A DNA stretch of 64,000 nt from contig CAZWKN010000002.1 of assembly GCA_964633995.1 (NCBI GenBank), positions 113,119 to 177,118 of the forward strand, in the 5' to 3' direction. The position numbers were made by a program, and so were the translations under genes. Shown here piece by piece: positions 19,349 to 28,576 of the stretch (position 1 is its first letter; each line of letters starts with the position of its first letter). This DNA comes from an uncultured Gammaproteobacteria bacterium (GTDB lineage Bacteria > Patescibacteriota > Microgenomatia > CAZETR01 > Amesbacteraceae). Under the pieces are notes generated by a model. It was not told where the DNA came from. It worked only from the letters and a program-made list of their open reading frames with translations, and made no database searches.

Positions 19349-21113
19349 ATATCAAATTAATCCCGTAATCGCCTGGCGAAAACCGTAGTTTCTCCTGATA
19401 ATCCCCATATTTTACAAGGTAAATATATTTTACCCCTAATCGTTTAATCATGTCCCGAGCCTTACTCCGGTCGGTCTCAGGTAATAAGGTTTTGGAGTAA
19501 ACAATTTTTTTATGTGTATAGTTTGCAACATATTTACGAAAATTTGCAAAGACAGCGGGCATGTTATCTCCATACCAGGCGCACTGCAAACATTCGGATG
19601 AATTGACCAGTATTTTTCCTGGGGGCGCTAATCGTAATTTTTCTAGGCCTGCTATTTCGTCTTGGGACACGCTATAAGTTGTGTAATTTATTTTATTTAT
19701 CTTGCCCAGGAGGATCGTTTTGAACAGGGCTTTGGGTGAAAGCATTATATGTTTTGTTTCAAGACTAGGACCTATAAACGTAAGCCCTTGTGTCGGTGCG
19801 GGCCAAAACTTTTTTGGGTTGACCGTAACAGCTGTTTTATCAACACTGAGTGTTAGAAATCTTGATGTTAAAACATGCTTAGGAATGTCTTTAACTTGAC
19901 CTGTAATTACAAAATGGTCTGGAAATAGCTTAACTTGAGCAGGCCCATAGTTCCAAATCTCGGACTGGTTTTGAAAGCTATCGATAACCGATGGCACATA
20001 AACTCTCAAATTATCTTCTGGGTTTGGCCAAATAAAGTATGGCTCCCGAAAATTTTCTGGGTATGCCCTAAGGTCAACGATAGTATGGGTAGCCAGATCA
20101 ATGCCGACCCTATAATACGGAGATTGATACCAAATAAATTTGTCGTCTCCTATTTGATGTGCTGGTGATGCACTTGGAAACTTGTGTAGATACCAGTCTG
20201 AAAATTCGGCCATCGTTTTAAACTTGGCCTTTTTGGCCAATAAAACTTTTAGCTGATTTTCAAATTCGCCTGAAAAAGTCTCTTTGGGAAAGTCGTTTTC
20301 CAAGCCAACTGTAATTTGAGAAAAAGAATTAGAAGTGTCGAGATAGGTGTCTACAAGCCTACTAAAATAATCGGTGTTATATTTTTCTTCGGTAGTGAAA
20401 TAGTCTTGGGTACTATACAGGCTACTTGAATATCCTCTTTTTGGTTCTCTGGCAGCCCATTGCAACGTAACTACTTTTATTTTGTTATCCAGACTATTGG
20501 CTGGAATGGCAGCATTGATCTTGTTTGGGTAATAGGGAACTGACCAATACGTGCCCCATATTTGATAGTTGTCAGTAGAAAATTGATCGGAACAACTAAG
20601 ATTTGCAGTAATCCCATATTTTTGCTGCATGTAGTCTAGAGAAAAACTATCTATCCACCACGCCCCAACCGACTTGGGATACTGGCCAAATTCTTGTTTA
20701 AATTTTTCAAATATTGTATCTATTAATTTTTTCCTATCGTTTTGAACATATCCTGATAAGAATACGGACCTAGCAAAATGCCACGAACCCGACTGGTTGT
20801 ACCCTACTCCTGAATTTTTTGCAAAAAACGGTGAGATTTCTAAAAACACTCCCTGTTCCTGGTTTGCAACCATTTTTTTGGTTTCGGCTGATAACTCCTT
20901 GTTATTCAGCGCGTCGTAAGTAAACAACCAGGTCGCGGGTAAATTATATTTTAATACAATTGCGTATTGGGCTTTTAGACTTTCAACAGGATCGTGGTTG
21001 TATTTGGAAAGTCTGACTGGGTTTACTATGGTAATGTATCTGTCGTCAGTATCAGCTTGTGCGGGCAATGTTGAAATTACTAATAACAAAAAGACCAGCG
21101 CAACTGTTTTCAT
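19305..21113 (-). CDS. Secreted protein (signal peptide), function unknown; possibly a carbohydrate-active or esterase-like fold
   Basis: N-terminal MKTVALVFLLLVISTLPAQA followed by a ~580-aa hydrophilic protein with several Cys. It is the only clearly secreted soluble protein in the locus. No motif I can assign with confidence. Confidence 0.45.
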   Translation of the reverse strand: MKTVALVFLLLVISTLPAQADTDDRYITIVNPVRLSKYNHDPVESLKAQYAIVLKYNLPATWLFTYDALNNKELSAETKKMVANQEQGVFLEISPFFAKNSGVGYNQSGSWHFARSVFLSGYVQNDRKKLIDTIFEKFKQEFGQYPKSVGAWWIDSFSLDYMQQKYGITANLSCSDQFSTDNYQIWGTYWSVPYYPNKINAAIPANSLDNKIKVVTLQWAAREPKRGYSSSLYSTQDYFTTEEKYNTDYFSRLVDTYLDTSNSFSQITVGLENDFPKETFSGEFENQLKVLLAKKAKFKTMAEFSDWYLHKFPSASPAHQIGDDKFIWYQSPYYRVGIDLATHTIVDLRAYPENFREPYFIWPNPEDNLRVYVPSVIDSFQNQSEIWNYGPAQVKLFPDHFVITGQVKDIPKHVLTSRFLTLSVDKTAVTVNPKKFWPAPTQGLTFIGPSLETKHIMLSPKALFKTILLGKINKINYTTYSVSQDEIAGLEKLRLAPPGKILVNSSECLQCAWYGDNMPAVFANFRKYVANYTHKKIVYSKTLLPETDRSKARDMIKRLGVKYIYLVKYGDYQEKLRFSPGDYGINLIFENSNSQIWEVNSL

Positions 21114-21116
21114 TCA

Positions 21117-21929
21117 TCAGGGAGTGTTTACTTTAAAGTTTAGTTCTGGATCGAAACGCCATTTCCTTCTGTTGGTATCCGAATAATAATTTAGAAATCT
21201 TAATCGATAAAATACCGCAAATGTGTCTATTAACATCTGGTATACGAAATAAATAAATTTTTTACTGGTAACGGTAGACGCTTTGCCAAAATCGAGTTTC
21301 AATTCAATCGGTGCTTCGTAAATTCTTTTAAAACCTAAGTAATGTGCAACTGCTAATATTTCTATATCAAATGCAAACTCTTTGATAATCAGCCTGGGCA
21401 ATACTTCCTCCAAAACCTGTCTTCGGTAACATTTTAAGCCTGCTTGAGTGTCCCTTATGTTTAAACCAAAGAGAATCTTTACAAGCAGGGAATACACGGT
21501 TGACACTACTTTTCTCTGCCATGGATAGATAACTTTTGAGGCAGGATGACGCTTTGACCCAACGACAATATCTGCGTTGTACCACTCAAAGTGCTCTAGA
21601 ATCATTGAAAGTCCGTTTGGATTGATATCCATACCAGAATCAATAAAGGCAATAATGTCTCCCTTGGATCTGGCCATGCCGTATCGGACAGCATGACCCT
21701 TTCCCCTATTAGTTTCATAGCCCACTACTTTGATGTCTTTAAACCTTTTTGCTAGAGGGAGAGCCTTGTCGTAGGTTTTGTCACTTTTTCCATCAACTAC
21801 ACAAATGATCTCCGACGGGTATCTAAGTTTCTGAAGGACGGCACGAAGGCGTAGTAGTTCACGCCGAATAGTTGCTTCCTGTTTATAGGCAGGTACTATG
21901 ACTGAGAGCAGTCTTACGGCTGAAGTCAT
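21117..21929 (-). CDS. Polyprenyl-phosphate glycosyltransferase (DPM1/GtrB-like GT2)
   Basis: LSVIVPAYKQEATI...IICVVDGKSDKT...NRGKGHAVRYGM...IAFIDSGMD. Confidence 0.8.
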   Translation of the reverse strand: MTSAVRLLSVIVPAYKQEATIRRELLRLRAVLQKLRYPSEIICVVDGKSDKTYDKALPLAKRFKDIKVVGYETNRGKGHAVRYGMARSKGDIIAFIDSGMDINPNGLSMILEHFEWYNADIVVGSKRHPASKVIYPWQRKVVSTVYSLLVKILFGLNIRDTQAGLKCYRRQVLEEVLPRLIIKEFAFDIEILAVAHYLGFKRIYEAPIELKLDFGKASTVTSKKFIYFVYQMLIDTFAVFYRLRFLNYYSDTNRRKWRFDPELNFKVNTP

Positions 21930-23041
21930 GCCACCCAGTAACCATTCGCAAATAAACCCAAGAATACCAGCATAGCCATGATATTACACAAAAAATAAAA
22001 AATTAAAAGTTTTGAACTCAGTTTTGATAAAAAAAGTCCCAAAAGGATAAAGGAGGGAAAACAAGTTAATGCGTATCTGGGCAATGAAGTGAGCGTTCCC
22101 GTAAGCGTGGGCGTAAGTAGACATAAAAAATTGAATATTGAATAGGATGGCCTTTGTTTTAGGAGTGAAATAACTGCTAGTGCAATAAATTCAACCCCAA
22201 CAAAAGCTTCAAGTAGGATAGTGGGGTACATTGGAATAGATTTGTCGACCGTAAGAATCATTTTTACATACCTCCAAATTACTTGATAAGGAAGAACTAT
22301 TTTTTCGCTACGAGACTGGCCAAATAATTTTTGAGCATGAACGAAAGCCAAATAATCTCCTGTGGTTTTATGTAAAAACAACATATATGAAATAAGCCCA
22401 AGAGGGACAAGAACTACCCCAACCAAACTTAAAAGAGAGGCCTTGCTCTCTGATCGCCTTCCAAGCCATTCTAGAAAAAGCGCTGGAAATATAAATATCC
22501 CCACTAGCCTGGTGTTAGCGGCCAGTGCTCCCAAAACACCCGCTAATAACCATTTATTCTTTCTGGAAAAATAAAAACTAGAGACGGTCAAAAGAAAAAA
22601 GACACCCTCGGTATAAACTGAGGTGAAAAAGAAACTTACCGGAAAAGCTAACAAAGCAAGTATGGTTAGATTGATTACTTTTGGGCCATAATCCATTCGA
22701 AGAAGTTTGTTAAAAACAAGTAAACCCACAAAAAAACTTAGTGTCGATATCCACGTACCAGTCAATATTCTATCTTTGAAAATTGGGGCGAATAAATTAA
22801 TTAAACGGGGATAAAGAGGGAAAAAAGCGTGTTGGGCATATCCATAGCCACTAGCAGCAATTGCTAGATAGAGATTGCCGTCAAAGTTCGCTCTAAAGTT
22901 AACAAGTGGATTTGATAAGTAAGTCTGGGTTGCCCCACCAAGATATTGGGTTGTTCGCGGTATGAACTGCCCTGTTAGCGCAACTATACTTACAATTAAC
23001 ACCTCCCACACAGCCACGAAAAATAAAAGTTTTTTAATCAT
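21926..23041 (-). CDS. Polytopic membrane protein, GT-C-like (DUF2029/GT87/PIG-V-like mannosyltransferase type)
   Basis: About 10 TM helices. Immediately downstream of a polyprenyl-P sugar synthase with a 4-nt overlap. Confidence 0.5.
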   Translation of the reverse strand: MIKKLLFFVAVWEVLIVSIVALTGQFIPRTTQYLGGATQTYLSNPLVNFRANFDGNLYLAIAASGYGYAQHAFFPLYPRLINLFAPIFKDRILTGTWISTLSFFVGLLVFNKLLRMDYGPKVINLTILALLAFPVSFFFTSVYTEGVFFLLTVSSFYFSRKNKWLLAGVLGALAANTRLVGIFIFPALFLEWLGRRSESKASLLSLVGVVLVPLGLISYMLFLHKTTGDYLAFVHAQKLFGQSRSEKIVLPYQVIWRYVKMILTVDKSIPMYPTILLEAFVGVEFIALAVISLLKQRPSYSIFNFLCLLTPTLTGTLTSLPRYALTCFPSFILLGLFLSKLSSKLLIFYFLCNIMAMLVFLGLFANGYWVA

Positions 23042-23814
23042 ACGCTCTTTGTAATTTGCCAGAGCTTTATATACGATATTGGAAATCGTAAGCCCGAAAA
23101 TAAAGCAAAGACAAAACCCGCAAAACCATCTACGTACCCCCTATGGCGCAGATAAATGAATAAAAATTCAGTTAATGGTTTTATAAACAAAAAATTGAAC
23201 GTGGATAACGGATGTATTTTTACGTTATCAGTTGCCATAGACTTTGCAATTAAGTCCGTATATCTGTTTAATCTGACAAGATATTTGTCAAAATTTGTGT
23301 CTCCATAATGGAGCAAATTGTTAGTCAAATGACCAACAGGCCCTGAAACTTTAGCTTGTTCATGGACATCCTGTGCCGGTAACGTACCACAAAGCTTTTT
23401 ATATAATCTTAATGTGTAATCCGGATATTGTCCGCCTTTGGTTAAAAACCGATTCAGAAAAAAATTTGACCTGGGTATCCAATAACCGCAGAGTTCGGAA
23501 TGATCTTTGGAAGTCTCAGTAAGAACTTCTGCTGCCAGCTCTGGAGTGACAACCTCGTCGGCATCTAGCTGAAAAATCCATTCGCCAACAGCTGCGTCGA
23601 TGGCCTTTCTTTTGTTGATATGAAAGTTGGGAGGATTAGTGGTTACAATAACACGAGCCTTGTATTTTTTTGCTATTGCAACAGTGGCATCTTCAGATGC
23701 TCCGTCTACAACAACGATCTCGTCTGCAATATGTTTGACTGATTCCAAACATCTTGCAATATTTTGTTCTTCGTTGTGAGTAGCCAAGACCACTGATAAT
23801 CTTTTTTTTGCCAT
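23038..23814 (-). CDS. GT2 glycosyltransferase, WaaE/KdtX-like subfamily
   Basis: LSVVLATHNEEQNIARCLESVKHIADEIVVVDGASEDATVAIAKKYKARV...QLDADEVV. Confidence 0.8.
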   Translation of the reverse strand: MAKKRLSVVLATHNEEQNIARCLESVKHIADEIVVVDGASEDATVAIAKKYKARVIVTTNPPNFHINKRKAIDAAVGEWIFQLDADEVVTPELAAEVLTETSKDHSELCGYWIPRSNFFLNRFLTKGGQYPDYTLRLYKKLCGTLPAQDVHEQAKVSGPVGHLTNNLLHYGDTNFDKYLVRLNRYTDLIAKSMATDNVKIHPLSTFNFLFIKPLTEFLFIYLRHRGYVDGFAGFVFALFSGLRFPISYIKLWQITKSV

Positions 23815-23815
23815 A

Positions 23816-25429
23816 TTAGTTTGAAATTATTTTAAACGCTGGCTCACTATTTAAGAAATTTATTGTCTTGACGACGTTTACTCCGGCTGAAGGAATATCT
23901 TCTGGGGCAGCAACAATCATAGTTGAGTGAATGTCTCGAACTTTTTCCCAAGGAGTCGAAGTAAAGGTATATTTATCAAACTGCCTAACAGTAGAAAAAT
24001 TAAACTTGTCACGAAATGAGAGCTGGTGGTGCCTCTGAAATTTGGCTGGAGGGTAGGCGGAATAAAAAAGGAATAGTATGTATGGTTGATCGTATTTATC
24101 GGTGATGTATACTTTGGAATATTTGTCCTGATTTGACTGTACATAAGACACTAATTGTTTAAAACCATATTCCCAAGCAGAAGGATAGGTCTTGGGGTAG
24201 TGAGCATAATATTCATGTAAATATCTGGAAACTTGCCACACCATACAACTTACATAAATAAGTATGCAAACAACCTTACGCCTTTTGTAAACGAGTGAAA
24301 AGCAATAGTTAACTCCCAAGGCGATAATTATGGTTAATGGAACTATCATGTTTTGCGCTCTTAAGGCGTGGGGGGTTTGGAAAGTAAGAGCTGAAGCAAC
24401 CGGAGCAACTAATAACCAGATCCAGATTAGTTTTGAATAGGGTGTTTGATGTTTGATTAGAAAAATAACTCCAGCGACAAGAAAAAGTGCGTCAGTTATG
24501 TAAAGTAATCCAGTTTCAGGCACTTTGTTTCGTTCAATGACGTCACCGCTTATAAATAGAAAATTTCCATCAAAGTGATCAAAGTAATTCTTAAAATATT
24601 GAATGGAATAGATTACGGGGCGATTGTGAAGCACTTTCGCCATAAGCCCACTAAGTCCTATGCCGTGAAACCCACGTAATTCTCTTACCCTATTTAGTGG
24701 TCCTATATCAGATAACAAACCTACCCCAGAAAACCGAGAAATGGCGTCAGAGAAAAACACGGAGTGAACTAGGGGTAGTAATAATATAGCCGATAGGCCT
24801 AAGCAGAGAAGTAAGTTTTTTAAATTTTGCTTAAAGTGCTGGGGATTAGTTATAAACAATAATATGCCCAACAACGGCACAAGTACGCGAGCAGATTGAT
24901 AGGCATACATGGCAAAAACAAAATTGAGAAGTGAGAATTGAAAATTAAGAATATTTCCTGTTTTTAGCCATTTGATAAATTGCCACATGCCTATTAACAT
25001 CAAGGTTGTAGCCAAATTTACCTCCCAAGCACCACGAGAAAAATGAATGTGCCAGGGCGAAATAGCCAACAAGAGTGCTGAAAGAAAACCTACTCCTTTG
25101 AATAATTCATCTGCCAATAGCCACATGACTATAACGGCAAGTGTTCCCGCAATTACCGAAGGCAAGCGAACAGCAAATTCAGTTAATCCAAATAGTTTAA
25201 CAAAAGGAATTAAGATGTATGCGTATAGCGCGGGCTTGAAATCTCCAAACGATTCTAAGTTTACTGGCCATGCGTGGCCATGCTCGTCCTTGCCTGTTAA
25301 CAGCAACGAATACGCATTGTAACCCAAAGCAGCTTCATCGGCGTTTAAACCTGCCGGGTAATTTACTATCTGCCAGTAACGAAGGATAAAAGCCAGAGAA
25401 ATAATTAAAATAAATATTATTTTTTTCAT
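23816..25429 (-). CDS. GT-C fold membrane glycosyltransferase, PMT/ArnT-like (GT39/PMT_2-type); paralog 1 of 6
   Basis: RYWQI..YPAGLNADEAALGYNAYSLLLTGKDEHGHAWPV...SFGDFKPALYAY...RLPSVIAGTL; about 11 TM helices plus a C-terminal soluble domain. Confidence 0.7.
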   Translation of the reverse strand: MKKIIFILIISLAFILRYWQIVNYPAGLNADEAALGYNAYSLLLTGKDEHGHAWPVNLESFGDFKPALYAYILIPFVKLFGLTEFAVRLPSVIAGTLAVIVMWLLADELFKGVGFLSALLLAISPWHIHFSRGAWEVNLATTLMLIGMWQFIKWLKTGNILNFQFSLLNFVFAMYAYQSARVLVPLLGILLFITNPQHFKQNLKNLLLCLGLSAILLLPLVHSVFFSDAISRFSGVGLLSDIGPLNRVRELRGFHGIGLSGLMAKVLHNRPVIYSIQYFKNYFDHFDGNFLFISGDVIERNKVPETGLLYITDALFLVAGVIFLIKHQTPYSKLIWIWLLVAPVASALTFQTPHALRAQNMIVPLTIIIALGVNYCFSLVYKRRKVVCILIYVSCMVWQVSRYLHEYYAHYPKTYPSAWEYGFKQLVSYVQSNQDKYSKVYITDKYDQPYILFLFYSAYPPAKFQRHHQLSFRDKFNFSTVRQFDKYTFTSTPWEKVRDIHSTMIVAAPEDIPSAGVNVVKTINFLNSEPAFKIISN

Positions 25430-25430
25430 A

Positions 25431-27017
25431 TTATTTTAAGCCGACCACATAGAGCCCTGACGACCCATCGACGTATGGAATAGCCGCAAGCGGAATTAAG
25501 TTTGACTGGTCGGGTGGATGGTCGGGAATCTCATACTTGTCCCCCACTAAAAGCACTGAATTTCTAGTTCGTTCAGCTGGCCAATTAATTTTTTCAAAAT
25601 TAATCCCGTCGAAAAAACTTACCTCACCCACATCACCATAGATGTTATCAACCGATTTGGAATGGGAGAGGAAAAATCTGGGATCAATTTTGTTGTAATA
25701 CAGGAAATAGATATATGGTTGACCCAGGGAGGTGGAAAAAACAATACGATTATATTTATCTTTATTTTGGTTGACGATAGCTACTGCTTGTTTATATGGT
25801 GTCATCCAGTACTTGGAAAAATAGAACGGAGAGTGGACAAAATATAAATCCATAAAGTAGACCGTGCTAAACGCCAGAAAGGCAAAATAGACCAGAGTCA
25901 TTAGTTTGTTTTTAAACATAACCGACAAACCTATACCGCCAATAACCGACAACGGAATAACCATTGGCAAGGACCTAACTCCGGAAACTATATCCCGAGA
26001 CAAAGCTGATGGTAACGGTGAAAGCAGTAACCACAACCAAATTAGTTTATTGCGGTGTGATTTTGACATGATGAGTGCGTATAGTCCTAGTATTATGGGA
26101 ATAACCTCCGGGAAATGAAGATATCCGTAAAAAGGCAGAGCGTGCCTTGGATTTGACCAATCACCCTCACTAAATAAAAATCTAGGAGACAAGTGATTAA
26201 GATAACGTTGGACGATCCCTCTTAGTTGATCGTAGACTTCGGAATGGTATAAAACAAACAACGGACTGCTGGTAGTCGAGGTGTCTTGGTTTAGGATTTG
26301 ATTGATACTGTCTGCTGTTCTGGTGTAGTTAAACAAGCTAAATACCCGAAGTCGACCAGATTGGGTTTTTAAGTTAACGATCAGGGGAAAAACAAATATG
26401 GTCAGCACAGCAAGGGGCCGAACAAGTGTAGTCCATTTTGGTCTTAATGAAACAAGCAAGGCCAATAGGATTAATGGCGTAAACAGCTTAGAGCCTTGAT
26501 ATGTCCAAAAAGTCAGGCCTAGCATGATCGAGGCTAAAACAAATTTTTTTCTTAGGAATAGAGTTGCTCCTAGTGTTGTTAAAAGAAGGGCCAAATTGGC
26601 CTCCCATGCCCCTCGGGAGAAAATAATTGCCCATGGGGAAATGGTGAGCATAACGCTGGCAAACAAACCGGAACGTGTGCCAGATAGATGTGAAGTCAAA
26701 AGATACACCGCGATTATCAGGAGCGTACCCACAATGGCCGAAGGAAGTCGGGTAGAAAATTCGTTCAGGCCGAAGACGGCAGTAAACGGCACTGTAATGT
26801 AGACGTAGAGCCCTGGTTTATAATCGCCAAAAGATTTGAAAACAAGTGGCATTATCTGACCATGTTCATCGGCTCCTGTTTTTAAGAGTGAGAAGGAGTT
26901 ATAACCTAACGCAGCTTCGTCCCAGGTTAAACCAGCGGGTCGATCGGCTAGCCTGATTGTCCTTACAAGAAACGCTGTGGCAATAATAAGTATTAAGAAT
27001 AAATATTTCTTCGTCAT
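25431..27017 (-). CDS. GT-C fold membrane glycosyltransferase, PMT/ArnT-like; paralog 2 of 6 (tandem)
   Basis: RPAGLTWDEAALGYNSFSLLKTGADEHGQIMPL...SFGDYKPGLYVY...RLPSAIVGTL, collinear with 23816..25429. Confidence 0.7.
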   Translation of the reverse strand: MTKKYLFLILIIATAFLVRTIRLADRPAGLTWDEAALGYNSFSLLKTGADEHGQIMPLVFKSFGDYKPGLYVYITVPFTAVFGLNEFSTRLPSAIVGTLLIIAVYLLTSHLSGTRSGLFASVMLTISPWAIIFSRGAWEANLALLLTTLGATLFLRKKFVLASIMLGLTFWTYQGSKLFTPLILLALLVSLRPKWTTLVRPLAVLTIFVFPLIVNLKTQSGRLRVFSLFNYTRTADSINQILNQDTSTTSSPLFVLYHSEVYDQLRGIVQRYLNHLSPRFLFSEGDWSNPRHALPFYGYLHFPEVIPIILGLYALIMSKSHRNKLIWLWLLLSPLPSALSRDIVSGVRSLPMVIPLSVIGGIGLSVMFKNKLMTLVYFAFLAFSTVYFMDLYFVHSPFYFSKYWMTPYKQAVAIVNQNKDKYNRIVFSTSLGQPYIYFLYYNKIDPRFFLSHSKSVDNIYGDVGEVSFFDGINFEKINWPAERTRNSVLLVGDKYEIPDHPPDQSNLIPLAAIPYVDGSSGLYVVGLK

Positions 27018-28576
27018 AGTGCAGTAATATTAAAGGCGGTTGTCCCGTCTAAAAAGAGAATTTTTCCCAAGTCCGCACCTGACTTGGGATGATCTTGACT
27101 GGAAAACACAAGCACATGTTTTCCAGACGATGCCGAAATAGATTGGATGTCCCAATCGTTGACGAATTTAAACTTGTCGAAACCATCTACCCAGTACCAA
27201 TTGGCATGATAATCCCAGGCGAAATTAGGATCTTTTAATAATTTGTCCGAACTCCATCGCAAATTCCATAGCAAAAATTCATGTGGCTCTGCGTGACGTT
27301 TGGTAATAATAATTTCATCATATTCGGAATAATGGTGTCTGACAAATTCCGCCAACTGAGAATAGCCATATTGCCAACTAGCTGAATACATTTTAGGATA
27401 TTGAGAGAAATAGTAAAAAAAATAATTTGCACTAAGTGTTAGATAAAGTATTACAGTAGAAATCAGAATAATTTTACTGTATTTGGTCGCTACGAATACT
27501 AATCCCGAAGCGGTAACTATTTGGACGATTGGCAGCATGGTAGTGGCCCGAATAACAGCATATTGATCACGAGTTATGGCGGCAGGTAAGGGAGCCAGTA
27601 AAAGCCAAGTTAATAATAATTTATCTTTTCTGAACAATAAAAGGGTTAGGCCAATGTAAAAGAAGGGCAGACTTACAATAGGTAAAACTCCAAAGTGAGG
27701 AATGCTGTACTGGTATTGGGTTCCACCTGATAAAAACAAAAACTTGGGAGAAAAGTAACCAACATAGTTGGTAAGCACCTTAGTTACTACAAATAGTGGC
27801 CTGTTATAAACCAGGCGCGACAACAAAGCTGGTAATCGAGAAGTGTTTCTTTGGTGTTCTATTTGACCGATAGCGCCGGTGTCTAAAATACCTACCCATG
27901 TGCTCCGCGCCCGAGATTGAGGAGAAAATAGAATAACAACCGCTGGAATGAAAAACAGCACAATCCACAACCAGGTCATTTTTGATCTAATAAATTTAGG
28001 TATTTGGCTTGCCATAAGCAGGGGTGAGAAAATTCTGGTGTTGTGGTAAGCATAAAGACTTAGTCCGCTAAAAAGAGCTGAAAATGAATAGTTGTTATTG
28101 AGAATGTAAACTAACCCCAAAGATGAAAGAAGTACTGACCAATTCGATTGGAAAACGGCTCTTGATGGAAAGAAAGTCCAGGGATCCATGGCCATAAATA
28201 AAGCGGATAATACGGCTATTTTCTTATTTTTGCTCCATAGATATGCGGCATGAAATACAATAAAAATACAGAGTGTACCGATAAGTGCATGTGGCAATCT
28301 AGCTGAAAAATCCGACGGACCCAATAATGCAAATACTGCGGAGGTGAAATAAAGATTTAACGGCAAGGGATAATCGCCATAAGCTCTAAAATTGCCTATC
28401 GGCAAGATTTTTCCCCACTGATCTGCTCCTGTATGCAGGAGTGAAAGTGCATTATAGGCATGACTTACTTCGTCCCAGTTTAATGCAGGAGGAAAGGATT
28501 CTAAATGGTACAACCGCAAAAAACCACCTACGGCAATTATCAGGCTTAAAACTAAAAGAGTGCGAAAGCGGTCCAT
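27014..28576 (-). CDS. GT-C fold membrane glycosyltransferase, PMT/ArnT-like; paralog 3 of 6 (tandem)
   Basis: FPPALNWDEVSHAYNALSLLHTGADQWGKILP...RLPHALIGTL. Confidence 0.65.
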   Translation of the reverse strand: MDRFRTLLVLSLIIAVGGFLRLYHLESFPPALNWDEVSHAYNALSLLHTGADQWGKILPIGNFRAYGDYPLPLNLYFTSAVFALLGPSDFSARLPHALIGTLCIFIVFHAAYLWSKNKKIAVLSALFMAMDPWTFFPSRAVFQSNWSVLLSSLGLVYILNNNYSFSALFSGLSLYAYHNTRIFSPLLMASQIPKFIRSKMTWLWIVLFFIPAVVILFSPQSRARSTWVGILDTGAIGQIEHQRNTSRLPALLSRLVYNRPLFVVTKVLTNYVGYFSPKFLFLSGGTQYQYSIPHFGVLPIVSLPFFYIGLTLLLFRKDKLLLTWLLLAPLPAAITRDQYAVIRATTMLPIVQIVTASGLVFVATKYSKIILISTVILYLTLSANYFFYYFSQYPKMYSASWQYGYSQLAEFVRHHYSEYDEIIITKRHAEPHEFLLWNLRWSSDKLLKDPNFAWDYHANWYWVDGFDKFKFVNDWDIQSISASSGKHVLVFSSQDHPKSGADLGKILFLDGTTAFNITAL

